From: a virus | Virus record (IMG/VR): IMGVR_UViG_3300005980_000002 | Strand: one strand, 5' to 3' | DNA: 41,474 nucleotides | Shown here: positions 1-6,925 of the stretch, piece after piece | How positions within the stretch are numbered: position 1 is the first letter of the stretch | Layout: every line of letters begins with the position of its first letter | Notes under the pieces: model-generated | What the model was told of the DNA's origin: nothing | The model's database searches: none | The model's input: the letters and a program-made list of their open reading frames with translations, nothing else | Program-made: the position numbers and the translations under genes

Positions 1-96
1 GCCGCACGGGCCGCCGCATGGGACGCCGCACGGGCCGCCGCATGGGACGCCGCACGGGCCGCCGCATGGGACGCCGCATGGGACGCCGCACGGGCC
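1..96. repeat. Eight tandem 12-nt units GCCGCA(C/T)GGG(C/A)C encoding AARA/AAWD
   Basis: Read directly from the sequence; it is the left half of the array that also occupies 41342-41474. Confidence 0.9.
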
Positions 97-189
97 GCCC
101 TCGCCCCCACTGTTGAAACCCTCAAAACGTCCGCCCTCGAACTCCTCGACCGCATGATCGACCCGGCAGCCAACGAGGCCGCCCAGTGA
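1..189 (+). CDS. C-terminal segment of the tandem-repeat (AAWD/AARA) protein; continuation of the ORF that runs off the window at 41474
   Basis: Frame 1 is open from nt 1 to TGA 187-189. Nt 1-96 are in-frame 12-nt repeats of the same type as 41342-41474. Nt 1-49 are identical to 41426-41474 and in the same codon phase. The stop overlaps the GTG of the next gene (GTGA). Confidence 0.65.
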   Translation, partial: AARAAAWDAARAAAWDAARAAAWDAAWDAARAALAPTVETLKTSALELLDRMIDPAANEAAQ

Positions 190-527
190 GCGCCCGTGAC
201 GAACCCACGTACCTCGCGGCCGCCCGGATCGGCGTGAACAGCGGGGAGCGACTCTCCCCCACGATCGGCCGCGCACTCCTGGAACGCATCGACCGTGACG
301 CCAAGGCCCTCAAAGCCGCCCAGCTCCGCACCATCACCACCGAGGATGAACTAGAAGCATTGCCCGCGTGGAGCATCGTTGAGGCCAACGGGGTGTGCTT
401 CGTTAATTCCCGGGAAGGTTACGTCTGCTGGGAGGGGATGTCCGCAGGGTTTGGATCCTCCAGCAAGCACCTAATTCGGGTCCACGGATCTGTGACCGTC
501 CTGTTCACCCCTGAGGCCCAGTCGTGA
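186..527 (+). CDS. hypothetical protein
   Basis: ORF track 113 aa. GTG start overlaps the upstream stop. GC-rich third positions. Confidence 0.7.
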   Translation: MSARDEPTYLAAARIGVNSGERLSPTIGRALLERIDRDAKALKAAQLRTITTEDELEALPAWSIVEANGVCFVNSREGYVCWEGMSAGFGSSSKHLIRVHGSVTVLFTPEAQS

Positions 528-603
528 GGGCGGCTCCGTGGTCGTTGCGCCGCCGCCTCGCCTGCTTCTTCGGTGAGCAGCTGCAACCCGGCCGGCACCT
601 CGC

Positions 604-1014
604 ATGGCGGGTAAGAGCATGAGCGGGCACGTGCACTACGTCACTGTTACCCCGGGCCGAGCAGATGAGGATGGCTGGCGCTATGAGGAAGCAGCGGTCA
701 AGTTCGAATGCCGCGGCGACGGGGACAGTAAGTGCCACTCCTACCCGGACTGCGACTGCGAATCCTGGGACGACGAGCACGACAAGGACCACCCCTTCGT
801 GAAGCACGACGAGTGCTGGATGCAGGGCTGGTTCGACAGTGAAGCAGGGCACGTCTACGACGGACCAGACTCGGACGACCGCGACGAGAACTGCGTGCCG
901 AGGGACATGGACAAGTCCGGCCCGATCGTCGCCAGCTTCGACATCGACGGCTTTGTCGAGTGGCAATTCGACGTAACCCCCGGGCTGACCGCCCACCAGG
1001 AAGGAACACAATGA
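604..1014 (+). CDS. hypothetical acidic Cys/His-rich protein
   Basis: ORF track 136 aa. The stop overlaps the next ATG (ATGA at 1011-1014). Confidence 0.65.
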   Translation: MAGKSMSGHVHYVTVTPGRADEDGWRYEEAAVKFECRGDGDSKCHSYPDCDCESWDDEHDKDHPFVKHDECWMQGWFDSEAGHVYDGPDSDDRDENCVPRDMDKSGPIVASFDIDGFVEWQFDVTPGLTAHQEGTQ

Positions 1015-1166
1015 GCGAGAACACCGAGGACCGTCCGGTCGAATGGTCCGTATGGCCGCCACCATCAGCCAGTAGGTTCTCCCGTCGGGCCTGCGCCAAG
1101 CTTGGGCATCACGGGATGATCAAGGCCGGCTACTGCGCCCTTTGCGGGACGAAGGTGAGCGCATGA
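1011..1166 (+). CDS. hypothetical small protein with a C-terminal CxxC pair
   Basis: Internal ATG of ORF 960..1166, preceded by AGGAAGG and overlapping the upstream stop; ends ...CALCGTKVSA. Confidence 0.55.
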   Translation: MSENTEDRPVEWSVWPPPSASRFSRRACAKLGHHGMIKAGYCALCGTKVSA

Positions 1167-1465
1167 CCGCCGCGAACCTCCCGGACCTCAACGCCATCCA
1201 GTCACGAGCAGAGACCAACCTCTACCTCGGCAAGACTGCCACGCAAGACGAGGCAGCCGATACGCTCGCCCTCCTCGCCCTTGTGCGGGAACAACAGGCC
1301 AAGCTGGACGCTGTAGCGATCCTCGCTGAGACGTGGCGCTACAAGGGCGAATTCGGTTGGGGAGCGTGGCAGGAAGGCCACGGCCCCGATGAGACCGGAG
1401 CCGCCTTCGACCATGCGGCAGACTCCATCCGTGCCGCGCTCACCGCAACGGAGGGGCCGGCATGA
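1163..1465 (+). CDS. hypothetical protein
   Basis: Internal ATG of ORF 1142..1465 in an ATGA overlap with the upstream stop. Confidence 0.65.
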   Translation: MTAANLPDLNAIQSRAETNLYLGKTATQDEAADTLALLALVREQQAKLDAVAILAETWRYKGEFGWGAWQEGHGPDETGAAFDHAADSIRAALTATEGPA

Positions 1466-1827
1466 GCGGGATGGCGGAAGTTCTCGCGGCGCACGCGTTC
1501 GTTGTACTCGACTTAGATCAGCGTGGTGGCGCATGTTTCTGCGGGGATGAGTTTAAGTGGCGTCTCCCGACGATCCACAGCAGAGTGAGGGCATTGTCAG
1601 AACACCAGGCCTCGATGCTCACCGCTGCGGGGTTCGGACCGGTCAAGGAAGCAGCGGCGATGGCGCTGGAAGAAGCGGCGGCTGTCATGGACAAGTCAGC
1701 TGAAACTATGGTCGCGGTTTGGGCCGAGATGCCGATGACTGCCCCGGCGGCGGCGACACTCTCCGCAATCCGTCACGAAGCCCGACGAGTCCGCGCCAGT
1801 GCCGCTGCTGTGCGGGGTGAAGGGTGA
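1462..1827 (+). CDS. hypothetical protein
   Basis: ORF track 121 aa; ATGA overlap with the upstream gene. Confidence 0.7.
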   Translation: MSGMAEVLAAHAFVVLDLDQRGGACFCGDEFKWRLPTIHSRVRALSEHQASMLTAAGFGPVKEAAAMALEEAAAVMDKSAETMVAVWAEMPMTAPAAATLSAIRHEARRVRASAAAVRGEG

Positions 1828-1973
1828 GGGCGCTTGTCGCGGCAGCCCTGGTCGCGTTCCTGCTGTTCTGCTTCATCGGGTGCACCAACGCCCACAACAG
1901 GGAAGCAGACTGCCGGAGCCGTGGCGGGGAAGACGTTGCCGGGACTTGCTACAAACTCGAAAGGATGCCATGA
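1824..1973 (+). CDS. small (49 aa) putative membrane protein or lipoprotein
   Basis: Not in the ORF track because it is under 60 aa. GTG 1824 overlaps stop 1825-1827 and TGA 1971-1973 overlaps the next ATG 1970. Translation is VRALVAAALVAFLLFCFIGCTNAH..., a hydrophobic signal-like segment ending in a lipobox-like FIGC. Confidence 0.45.
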   Translation: MRALVAAALVAFLLFCFIGCTNAHNREADCRSRGGEDVAGTCYKLERMP

Positions 1974-2158
1974 GCGATGACCTTTTGGACTTCGTGGACC
2001 GCGGCGACGGCACCTACTACGCACCCGTCGACGGCTACTACCAGATGCCGACCTTCAAGCCGCCGCCGCCACCAAGGTCATGCCCTACCCGGCTCATGGA
2101 CGGCCGCAACGAGATCCGCTGCTGGCTCAACGAAGGCCACAAAGGAGACTGCAAATGA
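1970..2158 (+). CDS. hypothetical protein
   Basis: Internal ATG of ORF 1799..2158 preceded by AAAGGA; begins MSDDLLDFVDRGDG... Confidence 0.55.
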   Translation: MSDDLLDFVDRGDGTYYAPVDGYYQMPTFKPPPPPRSCPTRLMDGRNEIRCWLNEGHKGDCK

Positions 2159-2283
2159 ACGCCAATGAGCCGCAGATCATCCCGAACCCGGAATGTCGGG
2201 ACGGGAAGCACCGGAACTGCAACACCGAGGGATGGGACACGTGGAATGACGACGCCGCGGACTGCCCTTGCGAGTGCCACTGA
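2155..2283 (+). CDS. hypothetical small Cys-rich protein (42 aa)
   Basis: Internal ATG of ORF 2080..2283 in an ATGA overlap; contains CRDGKHRNC...CPCECH. Confidence 0.5.
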   Translation: MNANEPQIIPNPECRDGKHRNCNTEGWDTWNDDAADCPCECH

Positions 2284-2432
2284 TGAGCCGCAAAAACAAC
2301 CCTGGACCGCTCGCCGAAGGTTGGGTCTATGGTGGCCGCATGGCAGTGTGGGAACGGGTCGCGTGTTACGTGATGGTGATCCTGACATTCGTGATCCTCG
2401 GCCGGATCGCCATGTACCTGGTGGGGCTGTGA
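2283..2432 (+). CDS. small (49 aa) putative membrane protein
   Basis: Below the ORF-track cutoff. ATG 2283 abuts stop 2281-2283 and TGA 2430-2432 overlaps the next ATG 2432. Contains the hydrophobic stretch VACYVMVILTFVILGRIAMYLVGL. Confidence 0.5.
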   Translation: MSRKNNPGPLAEGWVYGGRMAVWERVACYVMVILTFVILGRIAMYLVGL

Positions 2433-2785
2433 TGAGCCGCTCGCACTCCCCCTTCAGAGGGGCAACAAAGGCGGACCTTCACCTGCTGCGGACCCTTGCT
2501 GTCAGCGTCGAATTATGGGTGTGCGCTGCCCGGTCTGGGCATTACTACTGGCCCAAGTACGCGCCGGAAATCCTGAACAGCAGATTTTGCGTCCAGGAGG
2601 CCGGCGTTCTTCATAAGTTCTACGAGCGGGCGTGGAAGCGTCTCGAACAATCCCCGAACTGGAACGAAATCGCGGACGCGCACAACCTCGAACGCCTGCG
2701 CCAGTACGAACCGCAGGCATACCAAGTCAGGATGCTCCGCGAAGAACTGGAGCGGCACAAGAGGGAATGCGATTACCGTGGCTGA
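2432..2785 (+). CDS. hypothetical protein
   Basis: Internal ATG of ORF 2165..2785, coupled to the upstream small ORF. Confidence 0.65.
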   Translation: MSRSHSPFRGATKADLHLLRTLAVSVELWVCAARSGHYYWPKYAPEILNSRFCVQEAGVLHKFYERAWKRLEQSPNWNEIADAHNLERLRQYEPQAYQVRMLREELERHKRECDYRG

Positions 2786-2897
2786 CCTCTGCACATGTCC
2801 CCGCTCCGTGTACAACCCGCGCACCACAAGACCCACGAACCCTGACTGCCCACGACACGGCAACGATACGGAACACGACGGAACTTCCGGGTAAACT

Positions 2898-3686
2898 GTG
2901 AGGGTGACCAACTGCGCCTGTGACGACCAGCCCGAGGGTATCTACCTTTGCCCGGGATGCCGGGACATCCTCCTCGACGACCTGCGGAGGGTGGAGTCCA
3001 CGGTCGAAGCGATCTGGGCGTCCGCGGCCCGCATGAACGTCGGGAACGGGTCCGTAGGATCCTCCGGGCACTCCTCCCCCAGCGAACCCACGAACGCCAG
3101 GGCGTACGACACCGGCCGCACCCTGAACGTTATCCTCACCGGCTGGGCCCGCGCCCTCGGGCACACCGAACCCCACGCTGTGAAGGCCGCCGCCGTGCTG
3201 CTCGCACAGATCCGCGAGGTACGGGAGCAGGAGTGGGCGCCGGTGTTGAAGCAGGAACTCCGGGAAGCGTTGACGGACTGCGACCGGGCAACGGACCGGG
3301 CAGCGCCGAGGATCTTCGCCGGGATCTGCCCGACTGAGGAGGGCGGGGTGGAGTGCGGGACGCCCGTGTACGCGCCGGAGGGGAAACCTGAGGCGCGGTG
3401 CCGGACGTGCGGGGCGACGTGGGATGTGACGGACTGGCGGGAACGCGCTCTGGTCGCGGCCGGCCCCGCGACGGCGACCGCGGCGGAGCTCACCCGGATC
3501 CTCTCCGACCCGGTCCGGGCGTTGGTGTTCCCGCAGAACAAGGTGGCGGTGTGGGTGAACCGGGGGAAGCTCGCCCCTATGGGGGTCCGTGACGGGCGGG
3601 CGGTGTATCAGGTGCGGAAGGTCCGTAATCTGTGGGAGAGAGCGCAGGCCGTGTCCGCGGCCCGACGTGAGAGGCTGGCAGCATGA
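2898..3686 (+). CDS. putative DNA-binding protein with Cys-pair (zinc-ribbon-like) motifs
   Basis: ORF track 262 aa with a GTG start (alternative GTG at 2904). Contains CPGC near the N-terminus and C-x7-C...CRTC in the middle. The C-terminal third resembles excisionase/AlpA-type HTH proteins. Preceded by CGGAAC/GGAACTTCC motifs. Confidence 0.65.
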   Translation: MRVTNCACDDQPEGIYLCPGCRDILLDDLRRVESTVEAIWASAARMNVGNGSVGSSGHSSPSEPTNARAYDTGRTLNVILTGWARALGHTEPHAVKAAAVLLAQIREVREQEWAPVLKQELREALTDCDRATDRAAPRIFAGICPTEEGGVECGTPVYAPEGKPEARCRTCGATWDVTDWRERALVAAGPATATAAELTRILSDPVRALVFPQNKVAVWVNRGKLAPMGVRDGRAVYQVRKVRNLWERAQAVSAARRERLAA

Positions 3687-4123
3687 CGATCACTGAGTTC
3701 CTGGAAGCCCGCGTGAGTGAGGATGAGGCGGCAGCGCGGGCAGCGTTCGAGGATGGATTCTTCGGCGAAGACAAGCACGACAAAGGCGAGTGGGAAGCTA
3801 ACACGTCAAGCGCGATGCCGAACGTTGACGGCGCCTACATGAACATCATGGTCAGCGACGAGATGGGTTCAATGAACCACGAGCAGGCCGCCCACATCGC
3901 CCGCCACGACCCTGCCCGTGTCCTTGCCGAGTGCGCCGCGAAACGGGCGATCATCAAGTCATACCGCTCATGCGTGGGTGCGGAGGCCGCAGTGGATGTG
4001 ACCACAGAGTTCGGCGTAAAGCTCGTCTCGGGTGGCATGGTCAAGGGGCTGGAACTTGCGGTCAAGTACCTTGCCGCGGTATACGCCGACCACCCGGACT
4101 ACCGGCAGGCGTGGGCGCTGTAG
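3683..4123 (+). CDS. hypothetical protein, resembles the actinobacterial/phage DUF6221-type family
   Basis: ORF track 146 aa. Contains the ...IARHDPARVLAECAAKRAII... signature as I recall it for that family; not verified. Confidence 0.7.
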   Translation: MTITEFLEARVSEDEAAARAAFEDGFFGEDKHDKGEWEANTSSAMPNVDGAYMNIMVSDEMGSMNHEQAAHIARHDPARVLAECAAKRAIIKSYRSCVGAEAAVDVTTEFGVKLVSGGMVKGLELAVKYLAAVYADHPDYRQAWAL

Positions 4124-4232
4124 AGGCGACACACCCGTGAGGCGGAACACTAGACATCTTTGCGGAACACCTGTAACGTAGGTAATGAACAAACTGCGAG
4201 AAGTGGCCTTGAGACCTCCACTCACGCGCACG

Positions 4233-4270
4233 AGGCCCGCCGTATTCCCCCAGACCGGCGGGCCTCTTTC
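4233..4270 (+). terminator. GC-rich hairpin with a short T tract
   Basis: GAGGCCCGCCG (4233-4243) pairs with CGGCGGGCCTC (4256-4266), followed by TTTC. Confidence 0.5.
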
Positions 4271-4548
4271 ATGCCCCAGCGCCATCCCTGGGTAAGAGGT
4301 TGGCAACGTTGGCCCCGGGAGTGCTGCAGATCCTCCCGGGGCTGGCACCACAGATCACCCCGGATGCATAAGTGAAGGCCGGGGCGGGAAGCGCCCGTTA
4401 TAGCGCGAGCCCATCAAGTCCTGTCACGCGGCAGGGCCGCTGCTCTGGGTGGCCAGCCGTGAGGCTGTCCGTGGTCCTCAGCAGCTCCCCACTCAAAGGA
4501 GCCGCCCCGCCCCGCTACCTACCGTTCACACGGGGGTCGCGGGTGCAT

Positions 4549-4620
4549 TGGTTACTAGCTCAACGGCAGAGCAACGCACTGTTAATGCGTCGGTTCGTGG
4601 TTCGAATCCACGGTAGCCAG
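4549..4620 (+). tRNA. tRNA-Asn (anticodon GTT)
   Basis: Hand-folded cloverleaf: 7-bp acceptor stem (one G-U), D stem GCTC/GAGC, anticodon stem ACGCA/TGCGT with loop CTGTTAA, 5-nt variable loop, T arm CGTGG-TTCGAAT-CCACG, discriminator G. CCA is not encoded. Confidence 0.9.
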
Positions 4621-4694
4621 CTGATCGAAAGACGCCGACCAACGATCGAGAACGCGGCCGATCCAGTAGATCACCCCAGTGAAGGAGAGCGGCT

Positions 4695-5912
4695 ATGGCG
4701 TTGTGCAAGTACGCTGAGGCCGCCGCCGCCCACCCGTCCACGGAGACGGAAACCCCGGCCGTCGCCCGGGACCTGGGTGTGGGTGAGCGGACGATCCGCC
4801 GGCACCGCGCCGGCCAGTGCTGCTGCACCCCCGACAAGGGCGGCACCGACGAGGGTGTCACCTCGTACACGCTCACCTCCGCGAGGGCGTGGGGGTACGA
4901 GGACTTCCGGAAGTTCATCGCCTCCACCGGGCAGGACCCCGACCGGGTCACGTTCAACTGGGGGGTCACTTCCAACCCGGCCGGCGGTTTTTGGAATAAG
5001 TTGAACAACGTCCGCCCCAAGGGTGGGCGCAACTTCGAGCATGTGGACCTGCCCGCCTTGTACGCGGCTGCCGAAGCGTCCACACCCCGCCCGGTACCCG
5101 TCACGGGGACCCGCGGGACCGTGATCGTCTACGCCGACCCCCAGGTGGGGAAAACCGGCCGGCGCGGTGGGACGAAGGAACTCATCGAACGGTCCACGAT
5201 CATCCGGGCCAAACTCGACACCCACCTCGCCGCCAAGGACATCACCCGGATCCTCCTCGCCGACGTCGGCGACGGGATCGAAGGGTTCGAATCCGGCGGG
5301 AACCCGATGTTCACGAATGACCTGTCCCTCGCCCAGCAACTCGACACGTACGGGACGGAACTGTTCAAGTTCGTCAACACCGCCCACAAGCACGCACCCG
5401 TCACCGTCGCCGGGGTCCCGTCAAACCACACCGCGTGGCGGAACGGTAAGCAGAACCTCGGACGCCCCTCCGATGACCTCGGCCTCCTCATGCACACCCA
5501 AGTCCAGTACCGCACCGAGGACCGCGGCATGGACGTCGCCTGGTTCCGGCCCGACACGTACGACGAGTCCGTGGCCGTTGATCTCCTCGGCACACGGGTG
5601 GGTCTCGTCCACGGGAACCAGTTCGCCCCCGGGCAGGGTGTGTCCTGGTGGGAGAAGCAAACGTTCGGTGCGCAAGCAGCAGCGACCGCTGACATCCTCG
5701 TCCACGGGCACTACCACACGTTCAGCAGCAACGTCGCCGGCCGCAACCCACACACGGGTCGGCAACGCTGGTGCCTGGGAGCCCCGACCCTGGACAACGG
5801 CTCCGACTGGTACCGGCAAGTCCAAGGCCGCGACTCCGACCCGGGCCTCCTCGTCTTCGACGTCACGGAGAACGGCTTCGACCTCGCCTCCCTCACCATC
5901 ATCACCGCATAA
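4695..5912 (+). CDS. calcineurin-like metallophosphoesterase with an N-terminal HTH-like segment
   Basis: ORF track 405 aa with RBS GAAGGAG. Motif series: YADPQVGK / ADVGDGIEG / VPSNHTAW / LVHGNQ / VHGHYH. The N-terminus contains ARDLGVGERTIRRHRAG. Confidence 0.8.
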   Translation: MALCKYAEAAAAHPSTETETPAVARDLGVGERTIRRHRAGQCCCTPDKGGTDEGVTSYTLTSARAWGYEDFRKFIASTGQDPDRVTFNWGVTSNPAGGFWNKLNNVRPKGGRNFEHVDLPALYAAAEASTPRPVPVTGTRGTVIVYADPQVGKTGRRGGTKELIERSTIIRAKLDTHLAAKDITRILLADVGDGIEGFESGGNPMFTNDLSLAQQLDTYGTELFKFVNTAHKHAPVTVAGVPSNHTAWRNGKQNLGRPSDDLGLLMHTQVQYRTEDRGMDVAWFRPDTYDESVAVDLLGTRVGLVHGNQFAPGQGVSWWEKQTFGAQAAATADILVHGHYHTFSSNVAGRNPHTGRQRWCLGAPTLDNGSDWYRQVQGRDSDPGLLVFDVTENGFDLASLTIITA

Positions 5913-5932
5913 CACCAAACAGGAGTAACACC

Positions 5933-6121
5933 ATGGCAATCACCGTCATCACCGCAACAGACACGGTCGCGATCCCCGACGGGACGGGCTGGCACGTGGA
6001 CGACAGAGGCTACCTGCACATCCTCAAGGCCGGCGAAGGCAACGCGGCGACCTTTCACGCCCAAGCTTGGCAGTCCGTGGAACGCGGAACCCGACACGAA
6101 CTCATCGGGAGGGCGGCATGA
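5933..6121 (+). CDS. hypothetical protein
   Basis: Internal ATG of ORF 5771..6121, with AGGAG 8 nt upstream. Confidence 0.6.
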   Translation: MAITVITATDTVAIPDGTGWHVDDRGYLHILKAGEGNAATFHAQAWQSVERGTRHELIGRAA

Positions 6122-6351
6122 AGCAGCTTGTCTTTGAACTGACCGCATCCCCCCGCGGGGCGATCATGACCCGCGGCGTACTGGAAGAACACCCCACCCG
6201 GTTAGCCGCACTCCCCAAGGTGCCCCCGTTCTTCCGGGCCATCACCGGCTCCTACGCCTACCTCGCCGCGGAAGCCTCCAGACTCAACGAAGCGCAGATC
6301 CGCTGTGGCTTCCTCGACTACGTCTACGCACCCGACGTCAAAGCCGCCTAA
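6118..6351 (+). CDS. hypothetical protein
   Basis: Internal ATG of ORF 6067..6351 in an ATGA overlap. Confidence 0.6.
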   Translation: MKQLVFELTASPRGAIMTRGVLEEHPTRLAALPKVPPFFRAITGSYAYLAAEASRLNEAQIRCGFLDYVYAPDVKAA

Positions 6352-6400
6352 CCAGTAACGGCTGATTCTCAACAATCACACATAAGGCGGTGAGCGCATT

Positions 6401-6925
6401 GTGCCTGCTAGCAAGTACACCGAGACACAACGCGCCGAAGCCGTAGAGCTCTACCGCACCCAAGGCCCAACAGCCGTCCAAGACCAACTCGGGATTGCCA
6501 AAGGCACCGTCGCAGGATGGGCCAAAGAAGCAGGCGTCCGAACGGTTCGGAACGAGCGTACATACGAGGCGACTCAAGCAGTGAAGTTCGATGCTGCGTT
6601 AGCCCGAGCTGAGTTGATCCAGTTGCAGTACGAGCGGGCTAAGAAGGTCATGGCCCGGTTGAATGCGCCGACGTTCAAGACGCTTGTTCCGGTGAGCCCT
6701 GGGCGGCAGGAACCGCAGGAATTGGACTTCGTGCCGGCTGTTGAGGAACGTGCGCTGTCGGGATCGGTGTCCGCGTATGCTTCCGTGGCGAAGAACCTCG
6801 AGGCAGTGAATTCCGGGCAGGATATGGCGGCAACTGATTCAGTGGTGGATTCCCTCTTGGCCGGTTTCCGAGCGCATCATGCATCAGCGGCGAAGCGGGC
6901 TCCTGTGGGGGATGAGAGCCGGTGA
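6401..6925 (+). CDS. terS: terminase small subunit (HTH-containing)
   Basis: ORF track 174 aa. N-terminal HTH (QDQLGIAKGTVAGWAKEAG). The stop overlaps the terL start. Confidence 0.65.
   Translation: MPASKYTETQRAEAVELYRTQGPTAVQDQLGIAKGTVAGWAKEAGVRTVRNERTYEATQAVKFDAALARAELIQLQYERAKKVMARLNAPTFKTLVPVSPGRQEPQELDFVPAVEERALSGSVSAYASVAKNLEAVNSGQDMAATDSVVDSLLAGFRAHHASAAKRAPVGDESR

Noticed and set aside
1-96. Possible CRISPR array (short regular repeats at both window ends)
   Set aside because: The units are contiguous 12-mers with no spacers, are codon-aligned and lie inside an ORF. This is a coding tandem repeat.
2778-2894. 38-aa GTG-initiated Cys-containing ORF (VADLCTCPRS...CPRHGN...) filling the 2785-2898 gap
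   Set aside because: Cannot be supported. The same stretch carries the ACGGAACACGACGGAACTTCC motif cluster and may be purely regulatory. Left unannotated pending comparative data.
4372-5004. 210-aa plus-strand ORF, with similar ORFs at 4160..4375 and 3968..4351(-)
   Set aside because: Runs straight through the tRNA-Asn and into the phosphoesterase gene in another frame. The translation is Arg/Pro/Ser-rich. The region is better explained as non-coding structured DNA.
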